A stretch of DNA of 64,000 bases from a virus (lineage: Duplodnaviria; Caudoviricetes), in the IMG/VR virus record IMGVR_UViG_3300024229_000651; one strand, 5' to 3'. Positions 55,863 to 64,000 of this stretch are shown piece by piece. Each line of letters starts with the position of its first letter. The first letter of the stretch is position 1. The position numbers and the translations under genes are program-made. The notes beneath the pieces are model-generated. The model saw only the letters and a list, made by a program, of their open reading frames with translations, searched no databases and was not told where the DNA came from.

Positions 55863-56807
55863 TTAGCTCCTATCTAGTTTGTCTAGTTGTTCAAATCTAT
55901 CTTTAAATACAGGGTGGGTTAAGTTCAACGGATTGTTTCTCTTATACGCTGTGTTGCGTATTCGATTATAAGCCAGCTGCGCTTTATTTTTAACGTCCAC
56001 ATCTTTAATCTTATTTATATATGTTCCTACTGCCTTTGGTGTTAATCTAGGCAGAGACATAAATTCAAATAGGAAAATATCAAATTCTATATATTGCATT
56101 CCTAGCTGATCAGCATCACTATTACTTATACCTAAGCCGTCTGTAGGTAGTGCACTAATTGTTGGTTCTGGAACACCCATTATACGTGCAGTCATCGGTA
56201 CTTCCCAACTCTTACTTAAACTTTGGATTGGTGCAACATCACCAACGTCACCGTGTAGTGTCCAAAAGCCTGCGGCTAGTTCACTAAAGTTGTCTGTACT
56301 ACCAACACAGCCACCTAGTTTGTGTGCTAAGTTATACAGAGTCATCATTCTTAATCTTGCCCTAATATTACCTTGACGTTGCAGTCCTCGATATGTAGTC
56401 TCTGTCTCTGCAAGGTAGTCTTTCAAAAAATCATACGGCTCGGAAAGGTCAAATTCGTATCTTTCTAACCGTAGCATATCAATTGCTTCGATACCGCGAA
56501 CTGTCTCTTCCATTTTTTGATGTATAGGTAATGTAACTCCGTGTACATGCCAGCCTGCTTCTTTGAACAGCGCAGCAGTTGTTGCGCTATCCACGCCGCC
56601 ACTCATACCAATAACTACATCGTCGAGCTTGTGATCTTTTCGATAATCACCTAGCTGTTTTACTAGCTTGAACGCTGTAGATTCTAACTTCTTTTTTGTT
56701 GGGTACACTCCTAATTTTATATGCCATTTTAATTTGTCAATAAACCAGTCGTTGATCGGACTACCGTCACCTGGAGTTATTTCCAGTATCTCATCCATTA
56801 ATGTCAT
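55863..56807 (-). CDS. nadE: NH3-dependent NAD+ synthetase-like
   Basis: GMSGGVDS PP-loop, GNIRARLRM, TDNFSE, TLHGD, PTDGL, DADQLG. Confidence 0.85.
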   Translation of the reverse strand: MTLMDEILEITPGDGSPINDWFIDKLKWHIKLGVYPTKKKLESTAFKLVKQLGDYRKDHKLDDVVIGMSGGVDSATTAALFKEAGWHVHGVTLPIHQKMEETVRGIEAIDMLRLERYEFDLSEPYDFLKDYLAETETTYRGLQRQGNIRARLRMMTLYNLAHKLGGCVGSTDNFSELAAGFWTLHGDVGDVAPIQSLSKSWEVPMTARIMGVPEPTISALPTDGLGISNSDADQLGMQYIEFDIFLFEFMSLPRLTPKAVGTYINKIKDVDVKNKAQLAYNRIRNTAYKRNNPLNLTHPVFKDRFEQLDKLDRS

Positions 56808-57306
56808 TCTTTACCTCCTCAGGCGTTCTCCAAATAATCATTTTACCTATTTGGTCTCTCTTTATGTTTTGTGTTTTCCAGTATTTCAAATCTTTCATTA
56901 TCCCATCGGGACTCTTAAAAAATGTGCTATTCTTTTTGCGTCTACCCTTTATAAAAAATGTCATAGCATGTCCGCCTTCTGGTATCTGAACACGGTGAAA
57001 TTCATCGTGTCTTCTAAAGGCACACCAACCAGGTCCTCGCCATTCCTTTTTATCGCCAGTGATCTCGTAATATCCACCAGACAATACTAATGTAAAATAT
57101 CCCCATGGGTGGTTATGTTCGACGTCTAAGTCGCTAGATGTGAATAAGTTAAAACAAACACGGCTTTCGCTGTACAGTCCGGCTACACCCTTAACTAGTT
57201 TATTACCGAATGGATATACTCTGTGCAAGTAGTACGTGCTTGTGTAGATGTTCTGTAATGACTCAGCGCCTTTAATTTTGGCGAGCCACCAAAAAAACCT
57301 TTTCAT
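56791..57306 (-). CDS. Cupin-fold protein
   Basis: HNHPW...LSGGYYE...FHRV. Confidence 0.7.
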   Translation of the reverse strand: MKRFFWWLAKIKGAESLQNIYTSTYYLHRVYPFGNKLVKGVAGLYSESRVCFNLFTSSDLDVEHNHPWGYFTLVLSGGYYEITGDKKEWRGPGWCAFRRHDEFHRVQIPEGGHAMTFFIKGRRKKNSTFFKSPDGIMKDLKYWKTQNIKRDQIGKMIIWRTPEEVKNDING

Positions 57307-57334
57307 ATAGGATGCTCAATAATTTACGTTTTAT

Positions 57335-58651
57335 TTACTTAAAGTTTAATTGTTCCGCAACTTTTCCCGGGTCAAAGCCGCCTTTGATAAACTCAGCGAT
57401 ATTGTTATAATTGTGTGCTGAAATACGTTTAATTAAATCAACATCATATTGTTTGCCATTCTTCATATCATTAATTATTTCGCAGATATTGTTGTTTGTT
57501 TCCTCAAAGTCTTTGCCTATGTAGTTACCAAATACATCCATGTACAAATCGAAACCCCATTCTTCTAACTGTTGATATAAGATATTTGTAGTAACTAATA
57601 AAAAGGGTTTGCCTAACAGTAGCATCCTGCTTGTCTTCTCTGTTAATTGAGATATTGGAAATGGTTTGCTGTTATTATGTGAAATTCCGAATTCGATAAT
57701 TTTACTACTAGGCTCTGCAACACTTTCAACTATTACTTCCAACTTAGAATTAAAAAAGCAATGCTGATTATATGTATAGGCACCGGCGCCGCCACAATCG
57801 AAGCCTGGTGCAAGATCTCCCGGCAAATTTGGAATTGTATCTGGGAAGTTTGTGTAGTCAACTGGCTCAGTTAATATATTCTCTAAATGGTTTCGATGTT
57901 CTTCTAGCCTGTCCGAGTTCCAAGATTCGCAATAGGTTCCTATATATCCTTTATCTGCAAGGCCTTTAATTTTTAATTTATTATATAAATCAAGCCTAAA
58001 CGTTTTAAAAGTTCCTAGTGAAAGAGTATAGTCGTGGCTGAGTGTGTTCCAGTTCTCATAATAATTTAGTAATGCTGCGTTGTGTTGATCCCAGTCATGC
58101 CTTTCCCTTACATCGGATTTTTTTAATAATCTCCTTTTAAATGTTGGTACCTCTGGGTGACATTGCTGAAGCCATTGTTTACTCCAAGAATGTGATGATA
58201 AGAATTTTACATCACTGTTTACAACATTCATATCCGGTGCTGAATTATCTATTATAAACGAAACGTTATTAAAGTTGGACAAGTACTCTTTATCTAACGT
58301 GTATCGCTGCTTATGTCCCCAATACTGATCCATATACTGATAACCGGTAGGCTTGGTTTCTAAGGATACAATAATGATATCTCTGCCGCCCATAATCTCT
58401 ATGGCTTTTTCCTGATTAAGTGCATACCAAAAGAAGTCAGAGATAACAATTTTCTCATTATCCGACATTGTTAAATTTGGAAGTTGCTCAGGTGTTGCTG
58501 TTCTAACTCGAAGGTCCAGTAAGTCAGACCATGTTAAAAATATGTCCTTAGAGAGTGTTGCTTCAAAATCCCATTCTAGTTCTATTGTCCACGAAAGATC
58601 AAAAATATTTTTATCTCTTCGCCTGGGTGTTATTATTGTAGCATCAAACAT
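57335..58651 (-). CDS. Glycosyltransferase-like protein
   Basis: C-terminal VIVES...LTEKT...GKPFL...WGF motif typical of a GT-B-like phage family. Confidence 0.5.
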   Translation of the reverse strand: MFDATIITPRRRDKNIFDLSWTIELEWDFEATLSKDIFLTWSDLLDLRVRTATPEQLPNLTMSDNEKIVISDFFWYALNQEKAIEIMGGRDIIIVSLETKPTGYQYMDQYWGHKQRYTLDKEYLSNFNNVSFIIDNSAPDMNVVNSDVKFLSSHSWSKQWLQQCHPEVPTFKRRLLKKSDVRERHDWDQHNAALLNYYENWNTLSHDYTLSLGTFKTFRLDLYNKLKIKGLADKGYIGTYCESWNSDRLEEHRNHLENILTEPVDYTNFPDTIPNLPGDLAPGFDCGGAGAYTYNQHCFFNSKLEVIVESVAEPSSKIIEFGISHNNSKPFPISQLTEKTSRMLLLGKPFLLVTTNILYQQLEEWGFDLYMDVFGNYIGKDFEETNNNICEIINDMKNGKQYDVDLIKRISAHNYNNIAEFIKGGFDPGKVAEQLNFK

Positions 58652-60023
58652 TTAACGACTCCGAATAATCTATTAATCCCATTTCATCCAAATGTTTGTA
58701 ATTATGTTCTAATACTTCTTGCATATCTTTATACATTTCTAGCCACTCAGCGTTTGATTTATTTTTAAGTTCTTGTGTTAATTTACAAATAGCGTCCATC
58801 CTAGCTGTAGGAGTAACTATAGTATCATAACTTTCGTCCCACCATGTATCAAAAGTTTTAAACCCTAGTTGTTTGAGCTGTGCAAGCGAGTTTGGGTGCC
58901 CGGCAAGTACAAACGGTTGGTGACATAGCATTGGTTTAAATATTTTTTCTGACAAGAAGCATGCTGTTTCACGTTCTTCGTTGAACGCTGTTTCAGGGAT
59001 AAGACTGAACCATGTTCTCAGATATGTCTCTTTAAACATCGTCCAAACATGATTCTGATTAAAATCCGATTGATCTAACACACACGGTAATTTTTTAATA
59101 AAGCTATCGATATTATCACTAGTAAAAGCTGGGTGTGAGTCCCAATCGTATGGTATTGCATGTTCAGGTTTTATAGGCTCCTTGGATAGGCCTGGGTGGC
59201 CTCCTAGGTGTGCAGAGTGGCTGATATCACTTATTTTAGGATCCAATAAGTTGTAATAATTAAGCATAACACATAGTGCTATTCTATGTTGGCGTGTTAC
59301 TCTGTTTAGACAACTAAAACTTTTCATTTCAGTTGTGTCTGATTTGTATTTTATTTGCTCTTCAAAAGAAATTGAATCTTCTTGATTGTGAAACTTTAGC
59401 AAACCGCAAAACGGTATAGATGACACAATGTTAAGTTTATGTTGCTTATCACTGTAATACTTGTCGTGTATTTGTTTTTCTAATAAGTTTGACGTTGTAA
59501 TAATAATCTGGGAAGGTAGAATATTATAAGCCTCGCAATTATGATAAAACACATCATAAAAATTTTTAGGTTCATTGACGTATCTTGTATAAAGCAATGA
59601 GTCGTAGTCTGAAGGAATAACATCTACATCTAAAATTGTTTTATTTTGCATGAGGGGGAAACCTTCCCAACCTTGATCGATGTGTAAAATAGCTCTACGC
59701 TCTTGCAAGGCCTTCATTACTATTGGTCTACTCAGTTGTATTACATCAAATAAATTAACTCGTTGCCCGGTTCTGTAACCGCCAAACCAATTTGCTGGTG
59801 ACCCGAGTGTGCCAATTTGGTATATAAATTTCTTTAATTTTTTGGCTTCGGTTAACGATGCATCTTTGCAGTCGCCTGTTTGTTTACAAAATGGTATAAG
59901 AGAGTTGCTACCAGGAGCAAAACGTCCTGCGAATCTAGAGTCCATTAAGTTGTAATTATTTTCAGCTAAGGGTCTGTCCCATACAAAATAATACTCATTA
60001 GTGTCTGCTGTCAATGTATACAA
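58644..60023 (-). CDS. Glycosyltransferase-like protein
   Basis: LIPET...LSEKIFKP...QPFVLAG...GFKTFDTWWDESYD. Confidence 0.55.
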   Translation of the reverse strand: MYTLTADTNEYYFVWDRPLAENNYNLMDSRFAGRFAPGSNSLIPFCKQTGDCKDASLTEAKKLKKFIYQIGTLGSPANWFGGYRTGQRVNLFDVIQLSRPIVMKALQERRAILHIDQGWEGFPLMQNKTILDVDVIPSDYDSLLYTRYVNEPKNFYDVFYHNCEAYNILPSQIIITTSNLLEKQIHDKYYSDKQHKLNIVSSIPFCGLLKFHNQEDSISFEEQIKYKSDTTEMKSFSCLNRVTRQHRIALCVMLNYYNLLDPKISDISHSAHLGGHPGLSKEPIKPEHAIPYDWDSHPAFTSDNIDSFIKKLPCVLDQSDFNQNHVWTMFKETYLRTWFSLIPETAFNEERETACFLSEKIFKPMLCHQPFVLAGHPNSLAQLKQLGFKTFDTWWDESYDTIVTPTARMDAICKLTQELKNKSNAEWLEMYKDMQEVLEHNYKHLDEMGLIDYSESLNV

Positions 60024-60042
60024 TCTCTCTAATTTAAAAGAT

Positions 60043-60067
60043 AAAAAAAGCGGGTTTCCCCGCTTTT
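60043..60067 (-). terminator. Intrinsic terminator
   Basis: AAAAGCGGG-GAAA-CCCGCTTTT plus T run. Confidence 0.8.
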
Positions 60068-60083
60068 ATTTATTAGACTAAAA

Positions 60084-60716
60084 TTAGTCTAAGTAAGTAA
60101 CTTGGATGTCTTTTCTATGCGTAGGGAAAGTTAATTCCGACTGCAAGTGGTGCTCTCGTCTAGCTTTTGATGCATCAGGTATACCAACACCCATCAATAG
60201 CATAGGCTTTTCATCAATACCGAGTATTTTCTGAATAGTATTTTTGTCGCAACAAGAACAGCATCCAGTGCTGTATCCTAATAACGAAGAAACTACATTC
60301 ACGTAACCTGCAGCAATTCCTAATGCTTGATGCTTATCTTTTTCCATAAGCTCTGCATTAAGAGACTGATCGGTGTGAGCTTTTGCTTCTTCTGGCTTAA
60401 ATGCGTCTGCAAACACAATTAGCAAATTTGCTAATGTCTGTGGATTAGTTGTTAGCCTGCCCTTTCCAGGTGCTTGGCCACCGCTTTTGCCGTCTGCAAT
60501 ATAAAAACCAGTCGTTGCTCTGTGAATCTTTTCAATCGTGTGTCTGTCAGTTATAAAGTAAGGCTTAAAGAATGTGACGTTCTGCTTGCTTGGTGCGCCT
60601 GTCACTGCATTTTCAATTACAGTTAAGTCTTCTTCCGGAATGGACTTGGACAGGTCCCAGTTACGCTGAACGTGCTGGCTCTTGTGTATCGCCTTGATTA
60701 GTAAATTATTAAACAT
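60084..60716 (-). CDS. Nitroreductase-family flavoprotein
   Basis: QRNWDLSKSIPEED...APSKQN FMN-binding pattern; GYSTGCC; LLMGVG. Confidence 0.7.
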   Translation of the reverse strand: MFNNLLIKAIHKSQHVQRNWDLSKSIPEEDLTVIENAVTGAPSKQNVTFFKPYFITDRHTIEKIHRATTGFYIADGKSGGQAPGKGRLTTNPQTLANLLIVFADAFKPEEAKAHTDQSLNAELMEKDKHQALGIAAGYVNVVSSLLGYSTGCCSCCDKNTIQKILGIDEKPMLLMGVGIPDASKARREHHLQSELTFPTHRKDIQVTYLD

Positions 60717-60817
60717 GTTTAACTCCTATATACTGTATAGTATGTATTATTTATGCAAATCAACGAAATTTTAACATTATCCTAATTTTTGAGGCTAAAT
60801 ATAAATGGAGTGTGTAT

Positions 60818-61423
60818 ATGAATTACGATTTTGTAGAGATTGGAACATCAGATTTCCATACGTGCATACAGTCTAGCAAGGGTAACGAAGTTGGGTTATC
60901 AATTGAACCCGTAAAACTTTATCTCGATAGGTTACCAGATCTGCCAAATGTCACAAAAATAAATTGTGCAATCTCACTCGATGGTACAGAATATATAGAT
61001 AGCATATATTGGATACATCCAGATGATATTGAAAAGAATGGTTTACCTGAATGGCTAAGGGGCTGTAACAGAGTCGGTAAGCCTCACATTGAGCATTTGA
61101 CTGAACTGGTAAAGAAAACAAACGTAAAGTTGATTGCAACAGAAATTGATATGATCCCACTGTCAAAGATCTTTAATGACTATAACGTAGAAGGACTTAA
61201 ATTACTAAAGCTAGACACAGAAGGTGCTGATGTCTACATACTGAAATCATTTTTACCTTATTTGTCAGATCGCCCCAGGGAACACAGACCGGACGAAATA
61301 TTTTTTGAGGCAAATCAGCTCACTGCTAACAATTTAGTGTTAGAAACAATCGACCTATACAAAGATATAGGATATAAAATGGTGCAACGGACTCAACGAG
61401 ATGTCCGACTATTAAAGGTTTAA
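60818..61423 (+). CDS. FkbM-family methyltransferase
   Basis: VEIGT, IEPV, LKLDTEGAD, IFFE. Confidence 0.75.
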   Translation: MNYDFVEIGTSDFHTCIQSSKGNEVGLSIEPVKLYLDRLPDLPNVTKINCAISLDGTEYIDSIYWIHPDDIEKNGLPEWLRGCNRVGKPHIEHLTELVKKTNVKLIATEIDMIPLSKIFNDYNVEGLKLLKLDTEGADVYILKSFLPYLSDRPREHRPDEIFFEANQLTANNLVLETIDLYKDIGYKMVQRTQRDVRLLKV

Positions 61424-61563
61424 CGAAATTTTTACTTCTGTATTATTAACTGTTGATAAATAGAGATGTAATGAAACTGTAATATTTCACACATTGTTGT
61501 TCACACTTGTGATAAAGCAATAGAAGTATATACAGTTTACTTACTAATCATTAGGAGAATGAC

Positions 61564-61686
61564 ATGGCGAAGTCCTTAGGAACAGTAGCCGTTGCAACTC
61601 GCAGAATTGCAGTGAACTACTATAAAAAATTCGATGGCATAATGAAGAGTGGCTCTTTAGACAGAGTTATTTCTAGAACTATGTAG
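61564..61686 (+). CDS. 40-aa basic peptide (missed by ORF track)
   Basis: MAKSLGTVAVATRRIAVNYYKKFDGIMKSGSLDRVISRTM; TAGGAG SD; GATAAATA at 61455-61462. Confidence 0.6.
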   Translation: MAKSLGTVAVATRRIAVNYYKKFDGIMKSGSLDRVISRTM

Positions 61687-61702
61687 GATATATAGGGTTG
61701 GT

Positions 61703-62515
61703 TTACTGACCCTTTATCTTATTATTTTTTGATACTGCTTTTTTCAACACACTCAGATCAACATCTTTCTTTCCCGCATAGTGTAAAAATGCGTCAGTGT
61801 CTTTAGGAAAGCAATGTCCGCCAAATCCTTTTTCACCGTCTGGTCCAGGAACTCTCATATGTGTATTGCCCATTCTGGGATCGTTAGTTAGCATCTCTGT
61901 AAATGTTTCCCAGTCGGTTATTGCCCCACTAGCATCGTGTAATTCACGAAGTTCATTAAAGAAAATAACTTTAGTTGCAAGCCAACTGTTGATAGTATAC
62001 TTAATTAAACTTGCTGTAACTAGATCCACCTTGAATGTTGGTACTACCTTGACACTGCTGTGTCGATTATATGCCTTTTCGATAGTGTCGCAATCTTTCC
62101 ATTTGCCGCCAAGCACTTGCATATTTGGATTAATAAAATCTGCATGTGCGTTTGCTTCTGTTAAAAACTCTGGATTGTAAACAATTCTTATGCCAAAGTC
62201 TTTTTTCATTGTTGTTAAATGTTTAGGAGTGATAGTACTTTTTATAGCCGCAATACCCTTGTAATTCCTGTCATATAAATCACTAAGTACCTGTCTCACC
62301 GCACTAACGTCTACATCAGCATGTTCGATACTTTTGGGTGTCGGCACACAAATAAACGTTATGCTCGGGTTGAACTCTATTAACATATCAATAGTGTTAT
62401 CGTTGTGAGCAGGATCAACAACGAACTGATCTACATTCTTATTAAAGCCATTAATAACACTACCACCAACAAAGCCAGCTCCGACAATACCTAATCTAAG
62501 TTTTTCTGTCTTCAT
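61703..62515 (-). CDS. ugd: UDP-glucose/GDP-mannose 6-dehydrogenase family (short form)
   Basis: GAGFVG, CVPTP, KST, NPEFL, GFGGHCFPKD. Confidence 0.85.
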   Translation of the reverse strand: MKTEKLRLGIVGAGFVGGSVINGFNKNVDQFVVDPAHNDNTIDMLIEFNPSITFICVPTPKSIEHADVDVSAVRQVLSDLYDRNYKGIAAIKSTITPKHLTTMKKDFGIRIVYNPEFLTEANAHADFINPNMQVLGGKWKDCDTIEKAYNRHSSVKVVPTFKVDLVTASLIKYTINSWLATKVIFFNELRELHDASGAITDWETFTEMLTNDPRMGNTHMRVPGPDGEKGFGGHCFPKDTDAFLHYAGKKDVDLSVLKKAVSKNNKIKGQ

Positions 62516-62733
62516 ACTTTCCCTTTAATACGGTTCATTAGGTATATATCTTCGTAAGGCTTCTCATCTACATATGTAGGTGCATTAACCAGTGCTTCAT
62601 CTACACAGTTTTTGATTTCCCATAATTTTTCCTTCATACCGGAACTTGTCCATCCGTCATTACGTGGACTGTTCATTTCATGTTTCAATTCCCATATAGT
62701 ATGTAATACTGTGTTTACATCAGGAAGAATCAT
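62512..62733 (-). CDS. Small hypothetical protein
   Basis: Operonic. Confidence 0.6.
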   Translation of the reverse strand: MILPDVNTVLHTIWELKHEMNSPRNDGWTSSGMKEKLWEIKNCVDEALVNAPTYVDEKPYEDIYLMNRIKGKV

Positions 62734-62734
62734 T

Positions 62735-62932
62735 TTACCAAGCCTCAACTGCTTTTACATTAGAAGGCATTCCTTCTACGCTATCCATTAGGATAAATTC
62801 AAATTCAAAAGAAGATTCAGCTCTGCCACTAAAGGTTGCCCAACCCTCGTTCACAACAAGAGAAATATTGTCTAAACTCTTGGTGGCTTTTAGCGGCTCA
62901 TCCATCTTTACTGTAGCACTAAAGTATTTCAT
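62735..62932 (-). CDS. Small hypothetical protein
   Basis: Operonic. Confidence 0.55.
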   Translation of the reverse strand: MKYFSATVKMDEPLKATKSLDNISLVVNEGWATFSGRAESSFEFEFILMDSVEGMPSNVKAVEAW

Positions 62933-62934
62933 TG

Positions 62935-64000
62935 TTATTCGCCTACTGTGTAGTTTTCCATAATAGTATTATGTGTTTTACCGTTTTTTAATTGAACAAA
63001 TGTTGCACATTTGCTTAATTGTTTTAGAGATTTAGCACCCACATAAGTGCAAGCAGAGCGCACACCTCCCAATATATCTGTGATTGGAACATCGACTGAG
63101 CCTTTGTAAGGAATCCGTACAACTCTGCCTTCGCTTGTTCTGTGATTTTTAACACCGCCCGTCTCCTTTTGTGCTTCAGTTGTGCTACTTCCGTAGAACT
63201 GTACATATGCTTTTTCTTTTCCTCTGTGTGATTCATTTGTTACTTCGCCAAACATATCCTTTAGAGGTTTGCCATCACGATTAACTAACTCGCCGCCTCC
63301 TTCTTCGCATCCAGCTAACATACCGCCCAGCATCACAAAGTCTGCTCCTGCTCCGAATGCTTTTGCTACATCTCCAGGACTACTACAACCGCCATCAGCA
63401 ATGATGTGTCCGCCAAGACCGTGAGCGGCATCGGCACACTCAATGACTGCTGAGAGTTGCGGATATCCAACACCAGTCTTAACCCTAGTAGTACAAACAC
63501 TACCAGGCCCAATACCCACTTTAACAATGTCTGCTCCTCGAAGAATAAGTTCTTCTGTTATGTCTGCTGTTACTACGTTACCAGCAATAATAGTAACATC
63601 GGGATATTTTTCTCTGAATCGAGAAACGTATTTCAAGAATCTTTCACTATACCCGTTTGCTACATCAATGCATACATACTGAATACTCCTGGATAACTTC
63701 ATAGTAGCATCTATGCGTTCAATATCAACGTCTGTAATGCCGGTGCTCACCGCAAAACTTTCCATTATTTTAGACTTGTTAGGATGAGCTCCAGACCATT
63801 CCCATATATCCACCGGTTGCTTATTTTTATCTAAGCAGGTAAACATACTGTTACCACATAATGCTTCAACCATTTGAGGAGTACCAACACCTTGCATGTT
63901 AGCAGCCATAATGGGAATGCCGTTATATTCCTTTCCGCTGTTTACAAATTTAAACGATCTGGTTAGATCAACTTCTTTTCTACTGCCTATGACACTGCGT
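62935..64000 (-). CDS. guaC: GMP reductase (type 1), start beyond right edge
   Basis: Frame open to the edge (..SRKEVDLTRSFKF..IPIMAANM); CIDVANGY, KVGIGPGSVCTTR, GYPQLSA, ADGG, FYGSS, SEG. Confidence 0.93.
   Translation of the reverse strand, partial: RSVIGSRKEVDLTRSFKFVNSGKEYNGIPIMAANMQGVGTPQMVEALCGNSMFTCLDKNKQPVDIWEWSGAHPNKSKIMESFAVSTGITDVDIERIDATMKLSRSIQYVCIDVANGYSERFLKYVSRFREKYPDVTIIAGNVVTADITEELILRGADIVKVGIGPGSVCTTRVKTGVGYPQLSAVIECADAAHGLGGHIIADGGCSSPGDVAKAFGAGADFVMLGGMLAGCEEGGGELVNRDGKPLKDMFGEVTNESHRGKEKAYVQFYGSSTTEAQKETGGVKNHRTSEGRVVRIPYKGSVDVPITDILGGVRSACTYVGAKSLKQLSKCATFVQLKNGKTHNTIMENYTVGE

Noticed and set aside
53563-61500. Shared 12-mer ACACATTGTTGT in the leaders of two micro-genes (53563, 61489)
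   Set aside because: Opposite orientation relative to the two genes and AT-rich; may be chance.

Overview
This window is a 64-kb internal segment of a large, AT-rich, T4-like/jumbo dsDNA phage genome. Almost all genes lie on the minus strand and are tightly packed. No integrase, transposase or CRISPR array is visible. Main contents: (1) replication genes: sliding clamp running off the left edge, family-B DNA polymerase, DsbA/GapR-like protein, RFC-type clamp loader and a stand-alone DnaE-like fragment; (2) an accessory region driven by near-consensus sigma70 promoters: 2OG-Fe(II) oxygenases, lipoprotein metzincin, SDR, metallophosphatase, amidinotransferase with a SAM methyltransferase, MoxR AAA+/vWA pair, DNA methyltransferase; (3) a tRNA cluster (Trp, Ile2-CAT, Pro, Asn, Leu, Arg) with a half-tRNA recombination scar and two candidate structured ncRNAs; (4) five fibre/structural genes with repeats, one collagen-like; (5) ClpA, ClpP, DnaJ, GroES, acyl carrier protein, spanins, PhoH, SufE and a lipase; (6) a metabolic island: B12-radical SAM, NadE, cupin, two glycosyltransferase-like proteins, nitroreductase, FkbM methyltransferase, Ugd and GuaC running off the right edge. 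The most promising unexplained signals are a highly structured GNRA-containing leader that masks the RBS of a 52-aa peptide (53.5 kb), a promoter-driven ~90-nt hairpin RNA (25.2 kb), the amidinotransferase/methyltransferase pair, and phage NadE. All product calls come from motifs read by eye; no searches or folding programs were run.
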